In this document: positions 1-12,121 of the stretch, in pieces | Numbering within the stretch: position 1 is the first letter of the stretch | Layout of the letters: every line of letters begins with the position of its first letter | Assembly: GCA_030704615.1 (NCBI GenBank) | Contig: CM060734.1 | Location: 56,916,001 to 56,980,000 of the forward strand | DNA: 64,000 nucleotides | From: Takakia lepidozioides | Taxonomy: Eukaryota > Plantae > Bryophyta | Direction: 5' to 3' | The notes under the pieces: generated by a model | Told to the model about the DNA's origin: nothing | Database searches by the model: none | What the model saw: the letters and a program-made list of their open reading frames with translations, nothing else | Made by a program: the position numbers and the translations under genes

Positions 1-334
1 TAAGCTCTGTCAGTAACTAAGCAGAGAATCAGGAATCAGGTCTTGATCTATGGAGAGAGGGAGGGGACAATGAGAAGAGGAGAGAGCCAAAGCAGGACAC
101 TCGATGCTTTTTGGTCACTGCAAAAGAGATAGATATTATTAATACATTGAGTCACAACTAAACTACTAACTCCATTTGGTTCGTGAGACAGAAAACAACA
201 CAATTATCTGTTATTAGGGAACAACCGGACAGGCATTACAGCACCCGCTGCATTGACAGCCATGCACCATGGAAATTCTGCAGAAGCTTTGACCCCTTTC
301 CTCCCTCTTTGCAACCCTATCAATAAAAACCCAC

Positions 335-491
335 CTTCTGCATGGCACAGCCACAAAAAGCCTCCATTGCATTGCAAAAACTGTCATGATTCTCGAACTG
401 TACCCACACTTGGCACTGAAGTGCAGCTGCCAGGGCCCCAGGCTCTTTTGCCACTTTGCTCACATCTCCATTCCCCGTCACCTCCAGGTTC
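335..491 (-). CDS. ZCW7: ZCW7 / AKAP17A-like protein, exon 3 (gene probably continues left of the window)
   Basis: RNLEV..LQCQVWVQFENHDSFCNAMEAFCGCAMQK. Acceptor TCTTGCCAG, donor AAG|GTGGGT. Confidence 0.85.
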
Positions 492-1463
492 CTGGCAAGA
501 AACAGATTCTGATGACACGGCAAGCAACATATGCTCCCCCTCTCTCTTTCTCTCTCGTCCTGTAGGGTGAGGGGAGAGTAGCACTACCCTGAATAGAAGA
601 TGAGGCAAAGCTGCCCTTTTCTAGACAAAATGCAATCCAAAGAGTCAAACTTGTGTTTGGGACCAGCAACACTAAACACAGTCTTGCGGTTAGGGCACCA
701 TTAAGAGAGTGGGGGATCCAACATACATAACAGCATGCCAGAAGAAATGTCTCCTGCAAGGATTATGGCCGCAAAGCTGCCACGTAATGGCATTAGCAAT
801 GCAACCAAGCCTATATGCTTCCCCCCGATATTTACAAAGCCCTTCCTTTCTTTCTATTACGGGCTTCCACAGATACTAAGCCTACCTAGTACATCTGCTA
901 AAGGGGCCCAACAAGTACATCTACACGAGAAATAATCCAAATACATGAACATTGAAGTTTCCTCAATGCCGGATTTCAAACAACTTTTCCATGCACAATA
1001 CAAAGAAGACACAGCAACAGCTCCCAACACAAACACAATTAGTTATACTGGCAAAGTGCCTTACATGCACCTTGCATGGTGGCACAATTCAGCCTGAGAA
1101 CCTAGACTGCCATGTTTTATTGCAGTCTCCCTTAAAACATACAGAAGATGCCTGGCTTACACTTGATATGGACGCTTCCACCATTAGAGGAGCTTTGCAG
1201 ACGACACAGCTTATTATGAAAAGTGGTTGGCTGATTACAGCCAGAACACATACTTCATGAAATGCTTTTGCAGCTGATATGGTCTGTAAGGAGAAAAGTT
1301 CTACAATCAAAGCTTAAATGATTAGTTTTTTTCGCATTACAGCTGTACTGATAAGGATATCCTGAATTTAGAGCTAAAATCAGCATTGCAAAGTTACCCT
1401 AAGTCGAAGATCAGGTAACTCTTCAAGTTTGAAGAGTTCCCCAAGACTAGAGAAGATGAATAC

Positions 1464-1608
1464 CTGATATCCCCAAATTTTGAGAAGATCGTGTGTGTGA
1501 CTAAGACAGAAGCTTTGGAAGATACACGTGTCTCTGCAAACCATCGCGATGGCACGCCTTTCAATACGAGTGTGTTGGGTCGTTCGGCTGCTTTTCCTGC
1601 CTGGTAAC
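1464..1608 (-). CDS. ZCW7: ZCW7 / AKAP17A-like protein, exon 2
   Basis: PNTLVLKGVPSRWFAETRVSSKASVLVTHTIFSKFGDIR is the conserved family motif. Acceptor TTTTACCAG and donor AG|GTATTC have phases compatible with exons 1 and 3. Confidence 0.88.
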
Positions 1609-2935
1609 CTGGTAAAAGCATGATGAAAACCAGATGTACATGGTTGGTCACAGCAGCAACAGTAAAAATTTGTCCTTGCTGAGCTCCAATGTGAATTTAT
1701 CACACATTCACAGCAACTACTGAAGGACCGCATGCCCACCTACTTATATCTCTTTCCAATTACGACATTATGTAGCCCAATTTGTAACAAGTGACATCCC
1801 TCAGCTAATGACTTTTGTTCTTTCACCTGGATCTGCAGGCTGTTTAATCCCAAACCATAATGCAGATCTGAAGTCAAGCAAGGATACGATGATGCCTATT
1901 GAGGGGCATTGACAGCACATGCAACATTCCCAAGCATATGACTGAATCTATGATAGGTAGGCAGGAGGGCGGCAAATCAGTGACCTCCATGACCACTAGA
2001 CCTTTAGACCTCGAGAGGTCTCCATGACCTTTAGACCTCAGTGACCTCTAAAGGGAAGAAGACCTCCATTTTCGAACAAAGAAAAGCTTCATAGTCATAT
2101 TCCAACCCTTGAGAAGATAGAAAATTTTAGCTCCGAAGGCAAAATATGGTGATGGCTCCATAGGAATCATACAAGGGAAACTGTGCCAGAATATCAACAT
2201 GAAACACTGTTTTGGAAAATTGCTACTGTCTTCATAAACCTAAGGGAAGTCAGCAAGTCACATCCACCCTAGTCGCCTCTAAGGCGAAGTCCAAGATCAC
2301 TTCTGCATCATGAACAGGTGGTTCAATTTGCTCCAGCCTTCAAAAGTTGGAGACACATTGGACAATTTTCCAAATAATAAACCAGGGGACTGTGGTATGA
2401 CATCATCAGTGAGCTGATAACCGCATTGGTGCTCCTATGCTCAAATCCCTGGTCCTCTTGTTGACCGTCATCGGAATAAAGATGAGAGCTCCTTGAGGTG
2501 AAGGGCAATTATTTCGCAGGGTACCGCGCAATGGGGTTGCTCGACATGTCGTAGAGAAAGAAGTACTGAATACAAATATGAGTGGTGAAGTGTTGAGCAC
2601 ATTTTTACCATCCGCCTCCATCATATCATAAAATGCAACCCTGAAGCACAAACTCTCTGAACTCCCTGCCTGTCTAAAGGCGAGGTCCAAAGCTGCAAGT
2701 GTTTGTTGGAATTCTGCGGAAAAATGCACCCTGCTGTCATGGTCTGCAATCTTCCGAATTGCTCACGTATGGGGTTTTGATAGGACAGAACCCGTATTAC
2801 AACTACGGTCGGTTGGGGACTCCTTGCCTCTCCGAAAGCACACTCAGGAACACACAGAAGTCCTCTTTGAAACGACTACATGCTTCACATGGCTTGCGGT
2901 TAGTAGTTAAGCATTATACCGAAGATACGACGCAC

Positions 2936-3389
2936 CTCTTAGAGCAGCCTCCCATGAACGCTTCGCCGCCTCGAACGAGTTTCTCTCCTGCGACCGCGCT
3001 GAACACCGAAGCTTCAGCCCGCCCACGTTGAGCACTACCCCACCCACTACCTCTATAATCAAAGACGCCATGTCATCTCTCCCGCTATACCTATTCTTCT
3101 CGCCCTTGGCCTGTGAACAGCCCCACAGATGCAATACAACCTCTGCAATGGGTTCCTCCCGCCGCTTCTTGAACAGATTTTTCTCTCTTCGAACCACCAG
3201 GTCCCTGTCAGAGAGTGAGAGAGAGAGGCGATTCTTCAACAGGGTAGTGAGAGCCTCCTTGAGTTGCCATTCATCGACAGGCTTCACTGAAACATCTGCG
3301 CGCGTCACAGAGACAAGAATTGCAATGCAGGGCAGCAGAGACAGGCCGTCCCCCAACTCCACCACCTCCCCCGTGGCTGCTGCCACCAT
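2936..3389 (-). CDS. ZCW7: ZCW7 / AKAP17A-like protein, exon 1
   Basis: ATG at 3389 inside ORF 2907..3476. LGDGLSLLPCIAILV..KPVDEWQLKEAL..KKRREEPIA matches the plant ZCW7/AKAP17A N-terminus. Phase-1 donor AG|GTGCGT at 2935. Confidence 0.85.
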
Positions 3390-5479
3390 CCTTCCCCGCC
3401 CTCCACAGCAACGCCCCCTCCCCCACAATACTGCAACCCAGCTTAGTGAGACGAATGTCGTTAACAAACAGAACATTTTTCAATAGGACGTCGATAGGGA
3501 ACCTGACCAGCTAACCGTTAGTGCATAGAGCAACATTTTTTTTTAGTTTTTTTTTTAGAAAGGTCCGAGATCGGACCTAAAATTTTATTCATGAGGAAAA
3601 AGTAACCTCACATGACATGCCATGGAGGCTGATGAAAGGGACGCCGCCCCGTAGCAACATATTATTTTGCTAAGAGCATCCCCACTTGTTGCTCCTTATA
3701 CGGGTACATCAATTGCCTTTTATTGAGGCATGTGCAGAGCCCACCAGGAGATGGCGGGGTTGCAGTCGGAATGCTGCCCACCGGTGCACGCTAGCGCGCA
3801 TGCCAAACTTCCCGCTCAACCTCCAGCTGGCCAATGTCTCATGTGTGGGATGCGCACTCATGTTCGCTTGACTACACATGTGGGTGCATTTATGGTACGC
3901 GGGAGATAGCGGGCCCGGAAGGACACGGCAAGGTTCGGTGTCCGCAGACAATTTGTTGCTTAGCGAGCGTTTCGGCGTGCCCAGGTGGGGCGCCGTTTTT
4001 GTGGTTTTTCTCACTGACACCGTATGTTGCCATTTCCGTGCCTAATAGCGGGCCCATTGTTCTGAAGCCGGAATGCTAGTGGCTCACCAATGCATGCTCA
4101 ATCTTGCACCTTCGCATGGCTAAATCATCACTGGCGACTAATGTGAAATCGTCTTCCCTCTTTCTCGTTCTCCCATTGCAACTACAACCCTTTTGCGTTG
4201 TCCAACCTCAGCTTTTGTGAATATGGTCTGCGCAGGCAAGAAAGATAGAGAGAAAGAATTATGATTCTAATTCAAACATTGTTGTGACAGACTGAAATTA
4301 GTTGTAACCTATTATCAAACCGAGTGCATGCAATTGCCATGTTTCAAAACAATAAGTCGAACCTCAATGCTTCTTCGCTCGCCTTAATTGCGCGTATATC
4401 CCCAACAAGCTGCAGACAACTAGATCTGCGTTTGAAAGTATTTCTATGCCACCACGGTGCAGCTGAGCAGGCAGAGATTGAAACACGGCCTGCTAAGCTG
4501 ACTCTCCCAAGAACCTTGTAAACATTAGGAAGAATACCAAATCATGGTACTAACATGAGCCAACAGCCCACATTTGCAGGATGGACAAACTTCTTCACAT
4601 CGTACATTAAGAAAAAGCCATACCTTGCGATTGCGGTTGTCGCACCATCGTGAAGGATCTTTAAAAAACTCATGTCAGCTCTGCTCCGTGCTGCAAATTC
4701 AGGGCCAAGTCTGATAAGAGGGCAAAACAGGCTGAAAATAGGTCCAAAAAAAGGTGCCCTCACCACATTGTCCTCGACCTTGTGTCATGCATGACCCACG
4801 GAGGATTTGACTAACCATAAACCCAAGAGGACATCTGGTGTGTGCTGTTTGTGCAGTCAGGTAGGTAATGTCGGATTGGTCTATGAGAACCACCACAGTG
4901 CAAGTGAGCGGGCAGATATTGAAACACGGCCTGCTATCGCGATGATTCGGCACTAAGAAGACACAGACCCAAAAAAAACATTAAGTCCCAGCCCCTATAA
5001 CATTGTGACCTAGCAACCCTAAATTCAAGCACATTCATCGTAATTCATCATAATTCATTCATCCTTCATTCATCCTAATTCATCCTAAAATATTCATTCA
5101 TTCATATAACTACTAGAAGACGCGCAATTCAGTTTCAGAGGGTGTGGCTTAGTGCCCGCAAGCAATGATATGTTGACACGTCGTTGTTTGCAAGCATATC
5201 CTGCATCTGTTTCATCCATTTATCTTTGCATCGTCCACCTAGACACTCATTGGGCAAACGGCAATCGCCACGTGCAGTCGTGAATACTGGCAGTCATACT
5301 TCCCATGCCCACGTCATCCTGTTGCACTTTTGGCCATGACTCGTAGTCGTATCTACCATCTCCCCCTATCTGGTCAAATGTGTTTGACCGCAGATCCTGA
5401 CGTGGCGGAGGTACAAGGTGGCATATACGACTTCTGGTGGTCATCATTGGCATCCAAGACTGCCCCCTTGTATTTTGCA

Positions 5480-6302
5480 GGCATATATGCTACGACTGGG
5501 CAAATGTGGCAGACTGTAAAGCCAGGATCTGTTGTAGTGGAGAACTTGCATGTTTCCGGTATATGCAAGTTCCTATGGAAGCGTGTGAGAAATCTTTGGA
5601 ATGGTGGAGAGCACATGAGGGGCAGTTCCCGACGATTGCATATTTAGCACGACAAATCCTAGGAATTCCCGATAGCCAAATCAAGACAGAGAGAGTATTC
5701 TCGATTGCTGGCATCTTGACAAGTCTTTGACGTTGCCGTCTAGGGTCACAGAATTTGGACCAGCTTGTGGTAGTTGTTAAAAATTGGCCCGACGACCCAC
5801 GAGTTGGACGTTGCAATGCATTTGCCAATAATTTAGATGATTTCGCTAAGGCGAGAAGCTAACTTTCTCGATGAGTTGGAAGATGAGTTTGAAGATGAGA
5901 TAGAGAAATTAGTATATAGTTATTCGGATGACTTTGACATTTAGAGTAAATTTATCCATCCAAAGGTTTCAATGCTGATTTTGCTTTCAAAGCTATTCGT
6001 CAATTTTTTTTTCTTTTTTATAACTAAAAATCATTTGCAAAATTTAAGATTTTCCTTACCTTTACCCTTACCTGCCTAAATTTTGTATTTATCCGGCGGA
6101 TATATCCGGATTACCCGGACCCGTTAAATAACCTTACCTTTAGGTTCTATTTTGATAATACCTGGTTAAACCCTGATCTGGGGTCTTCAACAAATATGCA
6201 TTAACCGGACCCGACCCTTAGTACATATTTTTGAAAAATAATAACACCCCGACCCAACCTGGAGGATAAATATTTTAAGAAAATCAAGTTACCCTTACCC
6301 TG
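5480..6302 (+). mobile_element. hAT DNA transposon 3' remnant (C-terminal dimerisation domain plus right end)
   Basis: LEWWRAHEGQFPTIAYLARQILGIPDSQIKTERVFSIAG..*RCRLGSQNLDQLV with an in-frame stop. ACCCG/CCGGA-rich subterminal tract at 6090-6300 ends in TTACCCTG (CAGGGTAA on the minus strand, hAT-like TIR). Confidence 0.75.
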
Positions 6303-6537
6303 AGGGTATATAAAATTCTAATTCACATCCACTAGGGGGAGAGAATTGAACGTGCTCATGTTGTTCCCTACAAACGTTGGTTTGCCATATCATTATGGCC
6401 ATTGGCCCTACGGGAACTAACCATCTCCGAGCCTTTTGTGGGGTTCGCACCCACCAGGGTCCCCACAGCTCAGCTATAGGTATTAAGTTATTTTCACGCA
6501 TATGCCATTTCGGTGCTCAAAGAGGCACTTGTCGGCA

Positions 6538-6769
6538 TGCACATTGAGAGGGAGATTTCTCGACTCGAAATCAGCTGCGAATTTGCGAATAGCTGAGAAA
6601 GAGTTGAGGTTGAGTTCCAAAACATCCAAACGGGTAGTTGGAGTCGACTCCAAAATCTTCGCTTTCACTTCATCTTATTTCTTTGTGTTGCGGACAGCTA
6701 AAATGACATGTGCCCCTCTTTTTGCCAACACATTTGTTGTCTCTACTCCTATTAAACTAGATGTCGCTC
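6538..6769 (-). pseudogene. Short-chain dehydrogenase/reductase (TIC32/RDH-like) exon fragment
   Basis: GATSSLIGVETTNVLAKRGAHVILAVRNTKK*DEVKAKIL..RLDVLELNLNSFSAIRKFAADFESRNLPLNV. Rossmann TGxxxGIG-like start, in-frame stop, preceded by acceptor TTGCAG. Confidence 0.8.
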
Positions 6770-7409
6770 CTGCAATCCATATCTGTGATTTTAGAAGCCA
6801 CGCATACGTTCTCTCTCTCTTGTTCTCATGATGAAACTCTAATCTATAGTCGTCCATCTTTCTTTCTGATTCACCCAGAAGCTGCTGGAATCTTTTGCAC
6901 AAAGGTACTAAGGACTATTCCTCCATACTCTTCGAATTGGGAGTATAGCTTGTAGAATCCGAACTCAATGCTCCAACTCCGATCCTCCATTTTTTCCTAA
7001 TTCCCTTTGTATATGTGTATGTGCAGTAGCATTAGAGCCATTTTGCAATTTCAAGAAGATATGCAAAGCAAAATATCATGCAAAGGCTAATTCAAGTCAA
7101 TTGTATTCCACATTTCGTTTCCTCCTCTACTTGACAATAAAACTATTCTTCCCCCCGCATCACTCTCTCGGCCTCTTCTTCTCAAAATCATCTCTGAGTC
7201 TCCTTGCTCCTTTTCCTTAGCATGTTCGCTATGGTTCCAGGGAAGTTCCCCCTCAGTAAGCCTCACGGCCCCCCCCGGGTGGTTATTTTTTCCACCCCAG
7301 TGTAACTCCTTCTTATTTAATCTGATCAATAGGGCTTCTGTCCCTTTCCAAAAAAAATTAAAAATACAATTAAAAAAATTAAAATTTGAAAATTAAAAAA
7401 ATAAAATAA

Positions 7410-8231
7410 ACGACCGCCATATGGCTGTCGCTTGAATATACAAATACATAAACAACAAGCGAGGGCCAGATGGCGGTCGCTTTATTTTTTAAATATATTA
7501 AAAAAAAACCACCGACCACCATAATATGGTGGTCGTTTTATTTTAAAAATATATTAAAAAAACCAACGACCGCCATAATTTTCTACTCTCTTTTTTTTTG
7601 GCGGTCGCTTTATTTTTAAAATGTAAAAATATAAGCGACAAAAGAAAAAACCGACCGCCACACCGGACGGTTATTTTATTTTTAAATAAGATAATAATGG
7701 CGACCGCCAGCGGTCGCATAAATTTAAAAATATGTAAAGTAAAAGCGACCGCCACACTAGCGGTCGCTTAAACTTCACAATATAAAGATTAAAAGCGACC
7801 GCCTTACTGGCGGTCGCTCTATTTTCAGAATATTAAGAATAATAGCGACCACCATCTTGGTGGTCACTTTATTTTTAATATATAAAGAAACGAAGCAACC
7901 GCCATATTTGCGGTCGCGTCATTTTAAAATATAAAAAATAAGCTCCCACACCGCGGGTCCAAAAATCATGAGACCAAGCCGGTGCACCCCTCCTCCTCGA
8001 GGGCTCTCCAACATATAAGCGACCGCAATACTGGCGGTCGCATTATATTTGGAAATAAAAAATAATATCGACCGTCATCCGGGCGGTCGCTTAAATTTAG
8101 AAATATACAAAATAAAAGTGACCGCAATATTTCTGAAAATCAAAGGGAAGAAAATCGACCGTCGCAATATTGGCAGTCACTTGTGTTCTATAAAAAATAA
8201 AAATAGCGACCGCAGTATCAGCGGTCGCTTA
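7410..8231. repeat. Array of short palindromes (GCGACCGCCA-n4-TGGCGGTCGC) in AT-rich spacers; left subterminal region of a hAT element
   Basis: Many degenerate copies visible, e.g. GCGACCGCCTTACTGGCGGTCGC near 7795. The same motif array occurs at 60070-60760. Confidence 0.8.
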
Positions 8232-8629
8232 ATTTTAAAATTATAACAAATATGGTTGTACCGCCTTTTTCGGGTGGACGCTATTGGTCAGTCATATTTT
8301 CAATTTCACTTTCATTTCACTTTCATCCTTCATAAGGGAGGAGGGTCACCAAGCTCCTGAGTCCTCACTTCTTTTGGCGCAAACACTTGAGGTTGCTTTG
8401 GACGTTCTCTTCCATTGAACAAGAGTGTAGCCCAAGAGGAGGGTACGCACCTTTTGCCGTTGTTGCTTCCACCAAAGCCACTTCAGCAGATTGTGCATAA
8501 GCTCAACACTATAACGTGCATTGACCCACTTGGGTTGGTGATAGGTATAGAAGTGTTGTCGCATTGAACTCTATATTCACAGGTTCATATATAGGTCACT
8601 GTTTTTTGTTGCTTACATCACTAGGGCCC

Positions 8630-9108
8630 ATGGGAGTGCATATTAGGTGAAGATGAGGGAGGAATGAAGCCCTTGGTATACGGTAATCCCGAACACTGTC
8701 AGTGCCACTAGCAGTGTTGAGTATAACATGTGTGGACTGAAGCTTTCTTATCGTCAGGATCGGCTGCTCGCTCACCTCGGCTATAGAGGTGGGAAGAACG
8801 TCGAGGTGGATTTATGCCCTAAAATATCTATGCGGATATAATCCTACTTTGCCCAGTGTGGAGGCAATATTCCAATGTCTTTGGATCTGGACACGACGTC
8901 TGAGCATAACACTTCATCTTCCCGTCAGGATGCCCCAATTAGTATCCAAATGGACTCTTGTGAGGCCTCAGGTGTCCGGGGACAAGTGGGTTGTGCCGGA
9001 GCAAGACCTGCTTCAACACCTCTTTGTACGGGTCCCTATATTTCAACGGAGTAGAGGATTGCGACAACAATCCATGCAGGAATGTCTTAACTTGTCTACG
9101 AAAAGGTA
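8630..9108 (+). pseudogene. hAT transposase 5' part (BED-finger-like region), degraded
   Basis: Manual translation gives EYNMCGLKLSYRQDRLLAHLGYRGGKNVEVDLCPK, then LRQQSMQECLNLSTKR. This resembles the N-terminus of plant DUF659-type hAT transposases. Contains stops and frameshifts. Confidence 0.5.
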
Positions 9109-9259
9109 GGCATATAGGTTATAAGAATCCTTCAACTAATGTAGACTTTACAAAATATCTACATACAAACCTTTGCAAATATATACCCCTCTCTTATGTA
9201 CAATATGTGGATCCAAATGACAGAAAGTAAATATTGATATATTTGTTGTGTTTGTGGGG

Positions 9260-9440
9260 GAGGTTAGAAAATGCATTATTTTCCAGTCATCCCGCGCTTG
9301 AAAGCACAATTCCGGAGTCCATCATTTGCCCAACTCATGAAGTGGTATGCGGAGCATCGGAGCCCTCCCAGAAAGATGTGCGGCCCTCACGATTCGCCGA
9401 CATTGAAACACACCGAGGAACAATGGCATTTTTTGAAGAA
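9260..9440 (+). mobile_element. CACTA/En-Spm transposase fragment
   Basis: HYFPVIPRLKAQFRSPSFAQLMKWYAEHRSPPRKMCGPHDSPTLKHTEEQW resembles the FPLIPRL..MxWH..MRHPxDSPxWK segment that precedes Transposase_21. Confidence 0.7.
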
Positions 9441-9443
9441 CAT

Positions 9444-9998
9444 GAGTAAATATCAGAAGTTATCAAGTTACCATATTACCAAAAGTTATCGTGATCTATC
9501 ATGATCTATCATGATTTACCATAAATTACCATTAGTTACTAAGTTAACGGAAGTTTATCACATTACCGAGAGTAACTTGGGAAACTACTCAGGAAGCTTC
9601 ATTTGATGGAAACTTCTCCATCAAGATACAACCTTTGTTTAAGGAAACTTCTCCATAGGTTGCATGTGTGGAGCATGTATTCAGCTCATTGAAGCTTCCA
9701 TCTTCAAGCTTGGAGGGCAAGCGAAGCCTCTTATGGAACCTCTTAGTAGCCAGTATATATAGGAGGCGAGACTGGACACTCTTCAGTCTCGCCAACACAA
9801 GTTCAAGCTACTTTTGTTCCCAGTCCCAATACTCTAGTCCAGTTCCAGTATCTTGTACTCTTGTCCATTGTTATAAAGATCATCTTGATTCATGTTTATC
9901 CACCGTGCATTTGGCCACACTGACCTTGACTTCTTGTCTAGTCATGTACCTCTAGTCTGATCTCTTGTTTGTGTTCAATCATGTTCTCGTCCTTGACA
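9444..9998 (+). repeat. Element A 5' LTR (first ~32 bp missing)
   Basis: Homologous to 57400-57982. Ends GTCCTTGACA. TATATATA at 9754-9761. Confidence 0.88.
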
Positions 9999-10036
9999 GT
10001 TTGGCGAGACTAAAGTTTGTTCCTTAGTTAATTAAG

Positions 10037-11632
10037 ATGGAAGACACATTTGCGGAAATGGTCGCCACATTGCAGAGTCTTCAGCTCCAGATGCAAGAAC
10101 TTTGTATCTCTACCGCCCAATTGCAAGCTGATCAGTCTCAAGATCTTGGCAACGCTCTCCACAATTTACAACAATAAATTTCAGAGTTAAAGGAGTCGAA
10201 CAATGGATCTTCAACCATACGAGTCCGTACTGCAACAGCTCCTACTGCAATGGTTTCTCTTCAACAGATTACGAGAGAACCAAAGATCAGCATGCCCGAG
10301 AAATTTGATGGAACGAGATCAAGATTTCGCGGTTTTGTTCAACAAGTACGACTGTTCCTATGACTATATCCACAACGCTACCCCGAAGGTATTCAAGGGG
10401 GGTTTGTGGGCACCCTTCTATCATGCATTGCCATATCTTGGTTTGCACCACTATTAGAAAAAAAAATTCGCATTTACTATATAATTTTGAAGCATTCATG
10501 TCCGAGTTCACTACAACGTTTGGAGAGAATAATAGAGAGAGAGTTGCAGAGACAAAGATGCGAAATCTTCGACAATGAGCATGTCCTGCTTCCGTTTATG
10601 CTGCCAAATTTTGACAACTTGCGTGCGACCTCCACTGGAATGAGAAGAGCCTCATTAGTCAGTTTTGATGTGGGCTAAAAGATGATGTAGAAGATTTGTT
10701 GCTGACAATGCCAAACGTGAGCACACTGAGTGAATTCATCACCCAAGTCATTGCACGCGATAATCGTTTGTTTGAAAGACGTCAAGAGAAGCGATCTGGA
10801 TGGTCGACGACGCATCATGTCGCTGCTACTACGGCACCAAACACCAGACATCCGGTAGTGATCCTATGCAGATTGATGATGTCCGATTCAAGCCATTGAT
10901 GCCACAAGAAAAACAAAGACAGCGCTCAAATGGATTATGCCTCTATTGCGAAGAAGAAGATCACATAGCAATAAACTGCCCCAACAAGAAAAGATTCAAA
11001 GCTCGGGGCGCAACTCAAGTGTTCGATACGAGGAGGTCGAAAAACGAAGATGTCCAGTCACAGTAGAGACCATGCGGCTGGACACCACAAATTCCTCACC
11101 GAAAGAAGGTCTCTTTCTACCTCCAGACCCTGCACCTTGCTTCACAGTTCCGGTAAAAAAATTAGTACAAAATCGATATATCTTTGTAGAAGCACTTTTG
11201 GACTCAGAGGCTTCAACATGTTTTATGGACAAAAACTTTGCGAAACAACGCAATTTAACGCTCGTAAAGAATAAACTATCGGCCCCCGTTGAAGTCATCA
11301 ATGGACGACCGTTAGCATCAGGAAATGTGGACCATGAAACTCGACCACTTGAAGTGAAGCTTAAAGATCAAGCATCACATATTGTTTTCAACGTCATCCA
11401 GTCTCCAACGAATCCTGTGATCTTTGGACTTCCCTAGTTCGTATTTCATAATCTTGACATCGACTGGCGATTGCGAAAAATTTCTCCAAGACAAAAATGT
11501 AGAAATATCAAAGGTATTCAACTCCTGTTCCTTGGAGCTAGAGCTTTCATGAGAGCTACCAAAAAAGATGCGGCATTTGCACTTTATGCGATTCCGATCA
11601 AGACCACAACAAACAAAGGTACTTCAACATTA
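10037..11632 (+). pseudogene. Element A gag and aspartic protease
   Basis: PEKFDGTRSRFRGFVQQVRL (PEG10/Tcn1-type gag), knuckle CLYCEEEDHIAINC, protease ALLDSEASTCFMD. Many stops. Confidence 0.85.
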
Positions 11633-11861
11633 TGTCGTGCGCATACATATCGCTACACAACTACATCGATATCCAAAACCACACAACATATGTGCACACC
11701 AAACACTAGTCTATCACTAGTTCATCACTAGTGTACCACTAGGCTGCCACTAGATAACCACTAGTCACCACTAGTGCAGCCACTAGTCCATCACTAGGCT
11801 GTCACCAGCCACCACTAGTGCAGCCACTAGCCACCACTAGTGTAGCCACTAGTCCATCACA
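11633..11861. repeat. Element B half-repeat a1 (contains CCACTAG tandem repeats)
   Basis: Matches 53440-53725. Followed by AT-CG-CCCCCCT, which is the PPT AGGGGGG on the minus strand. Confidence 0.9.
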
Positions 11862-12121
11862 ATCGCCCCCCTAGCTGGCGCTTAGGTCCCTCTAAGTCCA
11901 GGTATCCACAAGATGTGATAGTGGCCATAGCTTCACTAAGTCCTCCACCACTGTCCCTACTACACTCAAACTCAATAGATCAAGAGGCCGGGTACAAGAG
12001 TTGCCCCATCGTTAGTCGCCGTCTTGCAACCTGTGAACTTGAGCCTGAGATCTTGGGTATTGACTCCTATGAGCTTGGCCTCCCATGTTTTGCGAGCTGC
12101 CACTAGTCGTATCGACTGCCA

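Noticed and set aside
100-135. Acceptor TTTTGCAG followed by TGA as the last ZCW7 exon
   Set aside because: It would cut off the conserved C-terminal part. The true exon is probably outside the window, and no transcript evidence is available.
2323-2729. ORFs inside ZCW7 intron 1
   Set aside because: No recognisable motifs. Exons 1 and 2 join in frame without them.
4471-4936. 25-bp direct repeat GCAGA(G/T)ATTGAAACACGGCCTGCTA at about 4471 and 4912
   Set aside because: No element ends or coding signal that I can assign; possibly a local duplication.
7410-8231. CRISPR-like array (palindromic repeats with spacers), also at 60070-60760
   Set aside because: Eukaryotic context, degenerate repeats, low-complexity AT spacers of variable length, no cas genes. 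Position fits hAT subterminal repeats.
11039-11045. Programmed -1 frameshift site in element A
   Set aside because: gag and pol overlap in the -1 frame, but GAAAAAC is not a canonical XXXYYYZ heptamer and the copy is too decayed to support a call.
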